Of a stretch of DNA of 64,000 nucleotides, positions 52,175-62,254 are shown piece by piece. How positions within the stretch are numbered: the first letter of the stretch is position 1; each line of letters begins with the position of its first letter. The notes under the pieces were generated by a model. The model ran no database searches. It worked only from the letters and a program-made list of their open reading frames with translations, and was not told the DNA's origin. The position numbers and the translations under genes are program-made. Source of the stretch: Microcoleaceae cyanobacterium (GTDB taxonomy: Bacteria; Cyanobacteriota; Cyanobacteriia; Cyanobacteriales; Microcoleaceae); NCBI GenBank assembly GCA_051652765.1, contig JBOFUV010000101.1:1-64000 (forward strand). Reading direction: 5' to 3'.

Positions 52175-53809
52175 ATGAACCTCCCTCAATTTCAAGCTAA
52201 GTCTTCCATCTTTGCGATTACTGGAATGCATCGTTCAGGAACATCTTTGGTAACAGGTATCCTTCAAAGTGCTGGGTTACATGTGGGTCAAGAGTTGATC
52301 GAGGCAAATGAATGGAATGCCAAAGGATATTTTGAAAATGTTGAGTTTGTCGAGTTTCACAAAGATGTTCTAGGTTCTCAGAAAATCTCTGAGGATGGGT
52401 GGACATTACAGGAAAACATTGGGGTTGAAGAGCAGCATCGCGATCAGGCTGAACAAATCGTTGCTGAGCACTCCATGTTTTCCCTTTGGGGTTGGAAAGA
52501 CCCTCGGACAACCTTGTTCTTGAATTTCTGGGCAAATCTGCTCCCAGAAGCTAATTTTCTTCTGATTTACCGTGCCCCTTGGGAAGTTGTGGATTCCCTC
52601 TATCGTCGGGCAGATGAGCCATTTCAGAAGGAGCCAGAACTTGCGGTCAAGCTCTGGCTTCACTACAACCAAAAAATTACTGAGTTGTGTAACCAGTTTC
52701 CCCAACGATGTTTACTGACCAATATCAGTGCTGTCGTCAAAAGTCCTCAAAAATATGTGGACAAGATTAATCAACAGTTTGGTACTTATTTAACTGCTCC
52801 AGCAGAAGATTTTTATGATGTCTCCCTATTTGGGATCGATGAAAAAGATGGCTATCGACCCAGCCTGATTGAATGCTATTTTCCAGACGCAATTGGACTC
52901 TATGAGGAATTAGAAGCCCGATCCTGGAAGCCCGGAGATAAGCTTGATATGTCTTGGCGCGATCGCATTAGAAGTTCTCCTTACAAAGTTTGGGTGTTTC
53001 AAGACTGGATGGCTCTGCGTCAAGTAGAGACTCTTTATCAGTCATTGCAAGAAAAATATCAAACTTCAGAATCAGATAGGGTAATCTTAAAATCTCAGAT
53101 TCAGCAGTTAGAATCTCAGCGCCACAAAGCTGAATTGAAACTTCATGAGACTGAAACTGTTCTAGAACAGTCTCAACTCCAGCTCAATGAAACCGAAACG
53201 ACTTTGGAGCAGTGTCGCAATCAGCTAAAGCAAACCCAGGCTCAAGTTGATCAATTTTATTCAGAAGTTCAACAACAACAAATGCAGTCACACTTAGTTC
53301 AGGAAGAGCTAGAACAAGCTCTATCCCAGCTTTATCAAGCTGAATCCTTGCTGGAAGGATATCACAAACAGTTTAAACAAGCCCAGAGTGAGCTAGAACG
53401 GCTAAAGTTCGAACAAGCCCTGTCAGAACGTTCAGATAATATCTACCAATCTTTAGTTTCACGGGCGTGGCTTGCCTATAAAAACCAAGATTTAACTAAA
53501 ATGGCTCAGTCCTTACAGCAATCGGTTCAGTATTGGCCAGGTTTTCAATCTGAAATCCTGCTCAACTGGTTAGAGTCCTTTGCTCAACTGTCAGCCCAAT
53601 ATGAAGAATCATTTAACGTTCAAACCCTAATTCAGTCGATTGAGTGGCAACAGTTGATGCGTCGAATAATGACTTGCACCCCTTCCGTCAAACAACAGTT
53701 TGTTGAAGTAAGCTCCAATCAGAATGGCAAATTGACAGCGATCCGAGAAAAACTCTCTCAATCGAAAGCCAAATTGGCTCAGGTAGAAGCTGACTTGAAC
53801 TCTTTTTAA
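52175..53809 (+). CDS. Sulfotransferase-family (P-loop) protein with long coiled coil
   Basis: ITGMHRSGTS, N.KGYFE, WGWKDPRT, YRAPWEVVDSL; Gln/Glu-rich heptads. Confidence 0.85.
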   Translation: MNLPQFQAKSSIFAITGMHRSGTSLVTGILQSAGLHVGQELIEANEWNAKGYFENVEFVEFHKDVLGSQKISEDGWTLQENIGVEEQHRDQAEQIVAEHSMFSLWGWKDPRTTLFLNFWANLLPEANFLLIYRAPWEVVDSLYRRADEPFQKEPELAVKLWLHYNQKITELCNQFPQRCLLTNISAVVKSPQKYVDKINQQFGTYLTAPAEDFYDVSLFGIDEKDGYRPSLIECYFPDAIGLYEELEARSWKPGDKLDMSWRDRIRSSPYKVWVFQDWMALRQVETLYQSLQEKYQTSESDRVILKSQIQQLESQRHKAELKLHETETVLEQSQLQLNETETTLEQCRNQLKQTQAQVDQFYSEVQQQQMQSHLVQEELEQALSQLYQAESLLEGYHKQFKQAQSELERLKFEQALSERSDNIYQSLVSRAWLAYKNQDLTKMAQSLQQSVQYWPGFQSEILLNWLESFAQLSAQYEESFNVQTLIQSIEWQQLMRRIMTCTPSVKQQFVEVSSNQNGKLTAIREKLSQSKAKLAQVEADLNSF

Positions 53810-53892
53810 CCTTATTTTTAGACATCTGCTACAATCAGCAGGCTCTAACCCTAAAGATTTAGTACCTACTCTAAGAAATCAACTGTTTCCCT

Positions 53893-56304
53893 CTATTTTA
53901 GTTCCAACTGCTGGGCCAATTGATAGAACACAACCGCTGCATCCGCCTGATTCTGTCGTGCTAATGTAGTGGCTAACTGACTATAAAGCTGAGCATTATT
54001 GGGCTCAATTTCTAACGCTTTATGGTAAAGAACTACATGATCCGGATTTTGCTGGATCAGATCTTGGTAATAACCCAAAGCTTCTGTCAAATCTCTCATG
54101 GCTCGCTCTCGCAAGGCATCAGCCAATTTCTCGTCAATCCCTGTTAAGTTTGAATCTAACGCTTGAGCTGCCCGATAGGCAACGACTGCGGCTTCCCAAT
54201 TTCCTAACTTGGCCTGAATTTCCGCCAGATTGTAGTGCGACCAGGGAAACTTGGAGTTCAGCTCAATCGCCTGATTGTAGGCAGCAACGGCATCGGGCCA
54301 ACGTTCTAACTGACTCAATGCCTCTGCCAAGCCATTGTAAGACCAAGCGAACTCTCCATTCAGCTCAATAGCTTGTTGGTAAGCAGCTACGGCCTCATCC
54401 CAGCGTTCGAGTTTCAGCAATACATCGGCCAAGCCATTGTGCGTCCACCAGACATCCGGGTTCAAGTCTACAGCTCGACGGTAGGCCGCTAAGGCTTCGG
54501 GTAACTCCTCGCGATCGCGCAACAAATCCCCCAATTTTTGATACACTTCAGCTTCGACTGAACCCAGCTCAATTGCCCGACGATATTGAGTTAGAGCCAA
54601 TTCAGTTGCTCCACTATTCATTAAGCCGTGACCTAGAAATTTGTACACCTCTGGATCGGGGGAAGTTGCAAGGGCGATCGCCTGTTGCAGAGTACTAACG
54701 GCCTCAGGCCAGCATTCCTGTTTCGCTAGCACCTTTCCCAAACCGAAGTGGCTGGCTGCATCCTGAGGCTCAAGCTGAATCGCCCGTTGGTAAGCTGTTG
54801 TTGCTTCCGGCAATTGCCACTGTCTTTGTAAGATTTCTCCCAACTGTTGGTAGGCAAAAGCATTATTGGGATTCAATTCCAGCAGTTTTTGGTAGGCAGT
54901 CATTGCCTCCGACCAGCAGTCTTGCTGAGTCAGAATTTGCCCTAAACCCTGATAGGATTCAAGGCTCCCCGGATCTAGCTCCAGGGTTTTTTGATAGGCG
55001 GCGATCGCTTTTTGAACCTCACCTTGTTGGCGATAGATCTCTCCCATGCCCTGGTAAGCTGCGGCCCTCTGTCCATCAACCTGTAGGGCGTGTTGGAAGT
55101 AGACAGAGGCTTTTGCCAACTGTTTTTGCTGAAGATGAAACTGACCTAATTGGACGTAATCTTCTGCCGTTGTGCGCTCTGGCTCCAAGCTGTGGGATCT
55201 GGCAATACAGTGAACGGCTTGCTCAGTGTTGCCCAAGCGGATGAAAATTTTAGCCAGGTTGCGGTAGGCTCCCGCAAAGTTGGGATTTAGCTTCAGGGCT
55301 TGTTGATAATAACTTACGGCCTTTTCCAGCCGTTCCTGCTGGCCATAGAGGCTGCCTAAATTGGCACAGACTTCGGGATATTGGGGCTGCAGTTCTAGGG
55401 CTTTTTCATAGGCTCGCACTGCTGCCGGAATCTCCCCCAACACTTGCAAAGCATTGCCTTGAATTTTGTAGGCAACTGCTAAATTGGGCTGAATCCGCAG
55501 GGCTTTCTGACAAGTTGTGATCACCAGTTCCCAATTTTTCAGGGCGCAGTGGGCGTTAGCCTGATCAATCAGATCTTGGGGAGTGACCTGAGACGCTTGG
55601 GGTTGAGATCGGGGACTTTCTGCAACAGTCCTTGCAACAGGTTTTGCAACGGTCTTTGCAACGGTGCCACCAGAACGGGACTGAGCTGAGACAGCAACTA
55701 ATGTATCTGACGGGTGAAGGTTGGGTTTGGCATCCTGGCTATTGTGCAGGGCCGCTGCCAAGGTTTCTGTTGGCAGAGATTGAGGCATCTGGCTTGAGGC
55801 CGCTTGTAAGGTGTCTGCTAAGGTGTTTGCTAAAGTGACTGCAGGTTGTAACGGGTCTCCAGGAGACGGAGGTTCCAATTCCAGGGCTTGACGCTGACAG
55901 ATGGCTGCCTGTTCAGGCTGATGTAACGCCATCCAAACCTTGGCTAAATTTCGATACGCTCCCGCAAAGTCGGGCTTGAGCTGAATCGCCCGTTGAAATT
56001 GGGTGACAGCCTCCTGCCATTGTTGGGTTCGGGCATAGAGACTGCCTAAATTGGCATGAAGTTCGGGCCAATTGGAGTCAAGACTGAGGGCTTGGAGATA
56101 GTGCTGTTGAGCGTCCGAGAGTTTTCCCTGGCGTTGATCCAGATCTCCCAACAACTTATAGGTAGAAGCCTGTTGAGGATTGAGCTTAAGAATTTGCTCA
56201 TAGACTTTGCGCGCATCCTCAAGCTGACCTTGGCTCAGGTAAACTTCGGCTTGTTGCTGGAGATAGAGCACACTCTTCCTTATAATCTCTTTCACTTGCA
56301 TCAT
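53893..56304 (-). CDS. Large TPR repeat protein
   Basis: Many 34-aa TPRs (ANLGSLY, AYRNLAK, YQQAIELN) in two blocks separated by a linker. Confidence 0.92.
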   Translation of the reverse strand: MMQVKEIIRKSVLYLQQQAEVYLSQGQLEDARKVYEQILKLNPQQASTYKLLGDLDQRQGKLSDAQQHYLQALSLDSNWPELHANLGSLYARTQQWQEAVTQFQRAIQLKPDFAGAYRNLAKVWMALHQPEQAAICQRQALELEPPSPGDPLQPAVTLANTLADTLQAASSQMPQSLPTETLAAALHNSQDAKPNLHPSDTLVAVSAQSRSGGTVAKTVAKPVARTVAESPRSQPQASQVTPQDLIDQANAHCALKNWELVITTCQKALRIQPNLAVAYKIQGNALQVLGEIPAAVRAYEKALELQPQYPEVCANLGSLYGQQERLEKAVSYYQQALKLNPNFAGAYRNLAKIFIRLGNTEQAVHCIARSHSLEPERTTAEDYVQLGQFHLQQKQLAKASVYFQHALQVDGQRAAAYQGMGEIYRQQGEVQKAIAAYQKTLELDPGSLESYQGLGQILTQQDCWSEAMTAYQKLLELNPNNAFAYQQLGEILQRQWQLPEATTAYQRAIQLEPQDAASHFGLGKVLAKQECWPEAVSTLQQAIALATSPDPEVYKFLGHGLMNSGATELALTQYRRAIELGSVEAEVYQKLGDLLRDREELPEALAAYRRAVDLNPDVWWTHNGLADVLLKLERWDEAVAAYQQAIELNGEFAWSYNGLAEALSQLERWPDAVAAYNQAIELNSKFPWSHYNLAEIQAKLGNWEAAVVAYRAAQALDSNLTGIDEKLADALRERAMRDLTEALGYYQDLIQQNPDHVVLYHKALEIEPNNAQLYSQLATTLARQNQADAAVVFYQLAQQLELK

Positions 56305-56354
56305 GGAGCAGGACTGGAAACGCTTAAGCTTTATTGTACGAGGTTGAGGGACAT

Positions 56355-57377
56355 CTATTCAAAGCGCAACTCCCCAACCCCCGAAGTCACTTCGCCAATG
56401 ACGTAAGCTGGAATTTTCGCAGTCACAAAGTGTTGTAGGGCCAACTCGACTTGCTCACTGGGCACAAACACCACGAAGCCAATCCCTAGGTTAAAGGTCT
56501 CTCGCATAGCAGCTTGAGAAACCTCTCCAGCTTGAGCAATCCAGTCAAAAATGGGTGGAATTGGCCAACTTTGGGGCAGGAGCTGAATTGACTGCCCCGA
56601 TCCCAAACATCGGGGTAAATTCTCGGGCAGACCTCCGCCGGTGATATGGGCCATGCCGTGAATCTTTAACTTGCCTCGGAGGGCCGCTAGCACAGGCTTT
56701 ACATAAATCCGGGTGGGAGTTAAGCACACTTCGCCTAAGGTTTGCCCCTCTGACCACTCTGGGGTTTCATGCCAGTTTAAAGCGCGATCGCCCACAATTT
56801 TGCGAACCAGGCTAAAGCCATTGCTATGCAATCCACTACTGAGTAACCCAATGGCAATATCTCCAATCTGCATTTGGCTGCCATCTAGGCGTTGACTTTT
56901 TTCAACAATGCCAACGCAAAACCCCGCGAGGTCATATTCTCCTAACCCATAAAATCCGGGCATCTCAGCAGTTTCGCCGCCAATCAAGGCACATCCGGCC
57001 TGTTGACATCCCTGAGAAATCCCCTCAACAACCTGGGTGAGCTGATCAGGGTTAAGCTGTCCTGTCGCCAAATAGTCTAGAAAAAATAGAGGTTCAGCGC
57101 CAGAGGTAAGGACATCATTCACACACATTGCCACCAAGTCAATTCCAACAGTGTTGTGGCGATTGAGAATATTAGCCAGTTTTAGTTTTGTTCCAACGCC
57201 ATCTGTGCCTGCTACCAACACCGGCTGTTGATATCCTGGGGGTAGCTCAAAACAACCGCTAAAGCCCCCTAAGCCCCCGACAACTTCCGGTCGGAAGGTT
57301 TGCTGTACTAGGGTGCGAATCCGCTCAACAAATGCACGCCCTGCAACAACGTCAACACCCGCTGCTTGATAGTCCAT
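56355..57377 (-). CDS. purM: Phosphoribosylformylglycinamidine cyclo-ligase (AIR synthase)
   Basis: [39 protein letters not shown]. Confidence 0.97.
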   Translation of the reverse strand: MDYQAAGVDVVAGRAFVERIRTLVQQTFRPEVVGGLGGFSGCFELPPGYQQPVLVAGTDGVGTKLKLANILNRHNTVGIDLVAMCVNDVLTSGAEPLFFLDYLATGQLNPDQLTQVVEGISQGCQQAGCALIGGETAEMPGFYGLGEYDLAGFCVGIVEKSQRLDGSQMQIGDIAIGLLSSGLHSNGFSLVRKIVGDRALNWHETPEWSEGQTLGEVCLTPTRIYVKPVLAALRGKLKIHGMAHITGGGLPENLPRCLGSGQSIQLLPQSWPIPPIFDWIAQAGEVSQAAMRETFNLGIGFVVFVPSEQVELALQHFVTAKIPAYVIGEVTSGVGELRFE

Positions 57378-57885
57378 AGGATGAGTCCTTATTGTAATGA
57401 CAAACTCCGTCTTGATCTTAAGGTTTTCCTTTGTTTCTGACACCTTAACGTCAAATAGGTTTGATCCCTGCTGAACAGGGCAAATTTTGAAAAATCAAGG
57501 AGATTTTTCAATTCATTAAAAACTTTTATACGTTCTGATTCAGATCAGTACAAATCTTTAGAAGTCATGTCAGGTCAATGGTTTGGCAAGAACTGTACGG
57601 TCTAGTTTGGTTGCAGAACGGTGGGAGCGGCCCCTCGCACTGATCCCCAACCCTTTCAGTTCGTGTTACTCTAAATCCCGTTCTGGTGTTGTAAAACAAA
57701 CGCAGAACGACTCCGAGTTACTAATCTGAGTTACCAAATCAGGTTGCACGTTTTTTCGGTTCTTGAGTCAAAGACCAACTCGTCTTCTGGAGCAGAATTT
57801 GCTCCCTGTTGACTTGTACTTTTTGCCTCTAAAACCAATTTTAAGTAACTCGCTTTCAGTTGTTGAGTGGCTTTTGAAATTATTT

Positions 57886-58908
57886 ATGAAGTATGCATTT
57901 CTGGGTAGTCTTGTAGCCTTATCTCTTGCTCCGACTGTGGGCTTATTGCCCTTCAGGCAAAACGAGCGAATTCAGGCAAGCAATGCCCCCATTGAAAAAG
58001 CAGATTCAGTCTCTCCGGCTAACGAAACGGTCGCAAAGCCTCAGTCTTCTGAGGTCATCAAGATCGGGGAATATCAGTCTGCTACCAATCCTGACCCTGA
58101 ACAAGGCGCGATCGCCACAATCCAAGCCCATGAATGGAACCTTCGTCCGGCTGCTACCTTGTACGTTCGCAATATTCCTATCGTTACGTTCACTACTGCT
58201 TCCGACACCAGTAGTAATAGTACAGACAAGGATAGTCTAGTTAAAGTTTCAGAGCGAACTACTTTTCCGACTGAAACAATCAGTTCAAGCACTGCAGCAG
58301 ATAGCCCGATTCACCGAGCTTCCATCCTGGCAACTCAGTTGAATCAGCTCAGGTCACATGCCACTGATCCGACTCAGATTACGGTTAGATGGGACGTTGC
58401 TCAGGAATGCTACGTCATCGGCATTGAAAAAACAGATCTGATCACCATGGGTGCAGGCACTTTGTTACCGGATACAACTCACGATATCGCTCAAGATGCT
58501 TTACAAGCCACCAATCGGCTGCGGAGACAGTTTGGGAATGCTCCCCCGCTGACTGAAATTGCAAATGCCCCAAAACCCGAGCCGATTGCAGCTCGACCCA
58601 TTCAGCAAATTTTAAAAGGGATTGCCTCTTGGTATGGCCCTGGGTTCCATGGAAACCTGACTGCCAACGGGGAAGTCTACGATCAGCATGAAATGACCGC
58701 AGCTCATCCTTCTCTGCCCTTTGGGACTGAAGTTCGGGTAACCAACCAAAATACGGGCCTATCGACAATTGTCCGAATTAATGACCGAGGCCCCTATGCT
58801 GGAGGTCGAATCATAGACCTTTCTGCAGCAGCAGCCTATGCTGTTGGAATGGTGAACAGTGGGATTGCACCTGTGACCGTCGAAATCCTGACCCCTGTGC
58901 GACAATAG
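57886..58908 (+). CDS. rlpA: Septal ring lytic transglycosylase RlpA family
   Basis: ASWYGPGFHG, TAAHPSLPFGT, VRINDRGPY, IIDLS; start moved to ATG 57886. Confidence 0.9.
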   Translation: MKYAFLGSLVALSLAPTVGLLPFRQNERIQASNAPIEKADSVSPANETVAKPQSSEVIKIGEYQSATNPDPEQGAIATIQAHEWNLRPAATLYVRNIPIVTFTTASDTSSNSTDKDSLVKVSERTTFPTETISSSTAADSPIHRASILATQLNQLRSHATDPTQITVRWDVAQECYVIGIEKTDLITMGAGTLLPDTTHDIAQDALQATNRLRRQFGNAPPLTEIANAPKPEPIAARPIQQILKGIASWYGPGFHGNLTANGEVYDQHEMTAAHPSLPFGTEVRVTNQNTGLSTIVRINDRGPYAGGRIIDLSAAAAYAVGMVNSGIAPVTVEILTPVRQ

Positions 58909-59029
58909 AGAAGAATTCTGGACTAACTTCTATAAGTCTGTAGGTTCAGTTTTATGTGGTTGATTGTCAGTAGCCGCGCCTTTCTTGTTGGCAATCATCC
59001 ACAGTTGTTGTTTGGGTTGCGATGAAGCC

Positions 59030-60625
59030 ATGCGCCTGTTCACAACTATTGCAGCTTTGCGTTGTTACCTCAGTTCCTACAGAGTGGAGTTTCCGACCGG
59101 AACAGTCGGATTCGTTCCAACCCTGGGAAACTTACACTTAGGTCACCTGAGTTTGATTCAACGGGCTAAGGCAGACAACCAAGTTGCAATCGTCAGTATT
59201 TTTGTGAACCCGCTACAATTTGGCCCTGAAGAAGATTTTAACCAATACCCTCGTACTTTTGATCAAGATCTTCACCTGTGTGAGCAGGTAGAGACTGATG
59301 TGGTTTTTTCACCCACCCTGGAGGAACTGTTGGGTTCTGATCAAAGCCCAACCTCCGGAGAGCAAGTTACCATCAGTACCCTCGACCTTCAGCTTCGAAC
59401 GATGGTTTCTTCTCCAGTTTCAATGACAACTGGACTTTGTAGTTCCACTCGGCCCAGTCATTTTGCAGGAGTCACAACCATCGTGGCCAAGCTATTCAAT
59501 ATTGTCCAACCGAATCGAGCCTATTTTGGCCGAAAAGATGCTCAACAGTTAGCGATTATTTGTCGTATGGTATCCGATTTAAATTGGCCGATTGAAATTG
59601 TGGGCTGTCCTATTGTTCGGGAGGAGTCTGGACTCGCCTACAGCTCACGGAATCGTTATCTGTCCCCCGAACAAAAACAACAGGCCACTGCCCTGCACCG
59701 CGCTCTGAGTACAGGGGAGCAGGTATTCCGTCAGGGAGTGCTCCTCGCGTCTGAGATTAAGCAGGCGGTTTGGTCTGAACTGACTCCTGAACTCGTGGCC
59801 ATTCCGGCGATCCAGGTGGAATATTTAGAATTGGTCGATCCAGAAACGCTAGTTCCGCTGACGGTCGTCGGCGAGGTAGGACTCTTGGCGATCGCAGCTC
59901 AGGTTGGCCCAGCCCGTCTGATTGACAACATCTTGTTACGAAACCGCAAGCCGATCCTGGCCATTGACGGCCCTGCTGGAGCAGGAAAATCCACGGTAAC
60001 TCGTAAGTTGGCCCAATCCCTAGGACTCATGTATCTAGACACAGGGGCAATGTACCGGGCTGTAACCTGGCTGGCCCTGCAGTCCAAAATTTCCCTCAAA
60101 GACGAACCTGCGATCGCCGAGTTAGTGCATCAGTGTCAGATTGAACTGATTCCCCAAGATGAAGCCCTCCAGGTTTTGATTAATTTAGAGGATGTGACAG
60201 ATGGCATTCGCTCTCCAGAAGTGACCGCGAATGTCTCAACGATTGCAGCTCAGCCCGCAGTCCGGCAAGCGTTGGTCAAGCAGCAACAGTCCTATGGTCG
60301 CAAAGGCGGAATTGTAACCGAGGGTCGTGATATTGGCACCTACGTTTTCCCCGATGCTGAACTCAAGATCTTCTTAACAGCCTCAGTGAAGGAACGATCC
60401 CAAAGACGGCAACTGGAACTGCAACAGCAAGGTCATGGCCATATTGTTTTAGAGGAAATTGAACGAGAGATTGCGCTACGAGATCAAAAGGATAGTACCC
60501 GCGCCGTTGCTCCTCTTCGGAAAGCCCCCGATGCTGTGGAAATTCAAACCGATGGCCTGACTATTGATGAGGTCACGACCCGGATTATTCAGCTCTATCA
60601 TGAGAGAAACCTACATCAAAACTAA
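59030..60625 (+). CDS. panC-cmk: Bifunctional pantoate-beta-alanine ligase / cytidylate kinase
   Basis: VPTLGNLHLGH, FVNPLQF, FGRKDAQQ, SSRN; then IDGPAGAGKST, DTGAMYR, EGRDIGT. Confidence 0.95.
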   Translation: MRLFTTIAALRCYLSSYRVEFPTGTVGFVPTLGNLHLGHLSLIQRAKADNQVAIVSIFVNPLQFGPEEDFNQYPRTFDQDLHLCEQVETDVVFSPTLEELLGSDQSPTSGEQVTISTLDLQLRTMVSSPVSMTTGLCSSTRPSHFAGVTTIVAKLFNIVQPNRAYFGRKDAQQLAIICRMVSDLNWPIEIVGCPIVREESGLAYSSRNRYLSPEQKQQATALHRALSTGEQVFRQGVLLASEIKQAVWSELTPELVAIPAIQVEYLELVDPETLVPLTVVGEVGLLAIAAQVGPARLIDNILLRNRKPILAIDGPAGAGKSTVTRKLAQSLGLMYLDTGAMYRAVTWLALQSKISLKDEPAIAELVHQCQIELIPQDEALQVLINLEDVTDGIRSPEVTANVSTIAAQPAVRQALVKQQQSYGRKGGIVTEGRDIGTYVFPDAELKIFLTASVKERSQRRQLELQQQGHGHIVLEEIEREIALRDQKDSTRAVAPLRKAPDAVEIQTDGLTIDEVTTRIIQLYHERNLHQN

Positions 60626-60663
60626 ACCTTGAGGGGTTCCACTTCAAAATCCGGCGATTGACC

Positions 60664-60755
60664 CTAGTATTTCTAAAGTACCCCTAAAGTACTTCTAAAA
60701 TACCCCTAAAGTACTTCTAAAGTATTTCTAAAGTATTTATAAAGTACTCCTAAAA
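60664..60755. repeat. Degenerate 12-13-bp tandem repeat (CTAAAGTA(C/T)(T/C)(T/C)) ~7 copies
   Basis: direct reading. Confidence 0.85.
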
Positions 60756-60763
60756 ATGACCAT

Positions 60764-60912
60764 ACAAACAAAATGGGTTGTACCATGGTGCAAGAGTAGC
60801 CGGATCTCTTAGCAGAAGGGCCAAGTTAGGTGCAGTAGCGCACCCAGGGTTTTTAGTTGGCAAGGATGTCCACACTTTAAACCCGGTCAATGGTTATGTC
60901 CATTTTTTTTGT
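60764..60912. ncRNA. Candidate ~150-nt multi-branched structured RNA or MITE
   Basis: Closing stem ACAAACAAAATGG..ACCAT / ATGGT..CCATTTTTTTTGT enclosing three hairpins. Confidence 0.4.
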
Positions 60913-61169
60913 CGCAGAATCTATGCTAGTTTGATGAGAACTTTACTGAATCCTAACCGGTGTAGATCTGAATATAGATGAAGGGAGGGATTTGGCTTCT
61001 AGTCCAGAAACTTAGTTTGGTGCTAGGAGTGAGGGCTAAGACTTTAAAAGAGTTTTTAGTTCTTTTGCTTGAGGTAAGGCTTCTATTTGAGTTGGGAACA
61101 TCAGGGGAAGTTGGATATCAATGACTTGTCCAAACTTTTGATTTAAAGTGGTGTGAAGGAGAAGATAAA

Positions 61170-62213
61170 GTGGTTCAGTATTATGCGTCACTAATTCGGC
61201 AGCAAAAGCTTGCCCGACTGGCTTTAATTGCTGCAAGTGTTAGTTTTTTAATAGGGGTATTGTTGCCGATTGGTTTTGGAACAAATTATCAGACGAAGGC
61301 TCCTCCTACGGACAGATCTGCTCTAAGCGCTACTAATAATGTTCCAACCAATGTTCTAGCTGGCCAGAAGCCTAGGTCAGATTTCCAGACAGCACCGAGT
61401 CTTCAAACGCCTACAGCCAAGTTGGTTTCAGATATCTCCGGGGTAGGAACAGGGATTCTACAACAAGTTGAAGGAGTCCGCTCAGCAGTCAGTCAGCTTG
61501 AACAACAGCGATTTAATATTACAATCCCTGAGCGGTTCAAGGGAAAAACAGTGCGAGAAGTGGAGTTAAAGTCTTCAGATAAGGCGATCGCCCTGACGTT
61601 TGATGATGGCCCCTGGCCTAAAACCACGCTTCAAGTTTTAGAAATTCTCAAAGAGAATAAAATCAAGGCAACTTTTTTTTGGGTTGGCAGTGCCCTGAAT
61701 GAATATCGTGATATCGGAAAACAAGTGGTTGCAGAGGGTCATACGATTGCCAATCACACTTGGAGTCATCGCTACCATAAGGTGAGTCAGGAAACCGCAG
61801 CTCAAGAAATTGGGGATACTGCCGATTTGATCAAGGAACTGACCGGGATTGACTCGCCCTTGTTTCGTCCCCCCGGTGGCGTTGAAAATAATGGCTTAGT
61901 GGAGTATGCCCATAGTCAAGATCACGTTAACGTGATGTGGTCTTCAGATTCTAAGGATTGGTCTAAGCCCTCTGCTGATCGAATCAGGGACAATGTTGTA
62001 AATTCTGCAAAACCGGGTAGGATTATCCTAATGCATGATGGCGGTGGCAACCGATCTGCCACAGTGCGGGCTTTGCCTGAAATTATTGCTACCCTGAAAC
62101 AGCGGGGCTATCAATTTGTTACCGTTCCAGAGTTGCTGATGATGGCAACTCAAGATACTGATCAGCCCGAGAAAGCAGCCTCGCCGTCAGAAATGGAGAA
62201 TTCCGGAGAGTAA
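61170..62213 (+). CDS. Polysaccharide deacetylase (CE4/NodB)
   Basis: ALTFDDGP, NHTWSH, FRPPGG, ILMHDGGG; N-terminal anchor. Confidence 0.92.
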   Translation: MVQYYASLIRQQKLARLALIAASVSFLIGVLLPIGFGTNYQTKAPPTDRSALSATNNVPTNVLAGQKPRSDFQTAPSLQTPTAKLVSDISGVGTGILQQVEGVRSAVSQLEQQRFNITIPERFKGKTVREVELKSSDKAIALTFDDGPWPKTTLQVLEILKENKIKATFFWVGSALNEYRDIGKQVVAEGHTIANHTWSHRYHKVSQETAAQEIGDTADLIKELTGIDSPLFRPPGGVENNGLVEYAHSQDHVNVMWSSDSKDWSKPSADRIRDNVVNSAKPGRIILMHDGGGNRSATVRALPEIIATLKQRGYQFVTVPELLMMATQDTDQPEKAASPSEMENSGE

Positions 62214-62254
62214 AACTGAGTACAATAAAAGAGATTCAGTTGATTGGGTCTCCT

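Noticed and set aside
60764..60912. 6S RNA or known riboswitch
   Set aside because: Branched rather than rod-like, and I recognise no consensus of cyanobacterial 6S, SRP, TPP, cobalamin or cyclic-dinucleotide aptamers; kept only as an unnamed candidate.
60778..60981. 67-aa ORF in the panC-cmk/deacetylase gap
   Set aside because: TTG start without RBS and no protein-like features; the region is better explained as structured nucleic acid.
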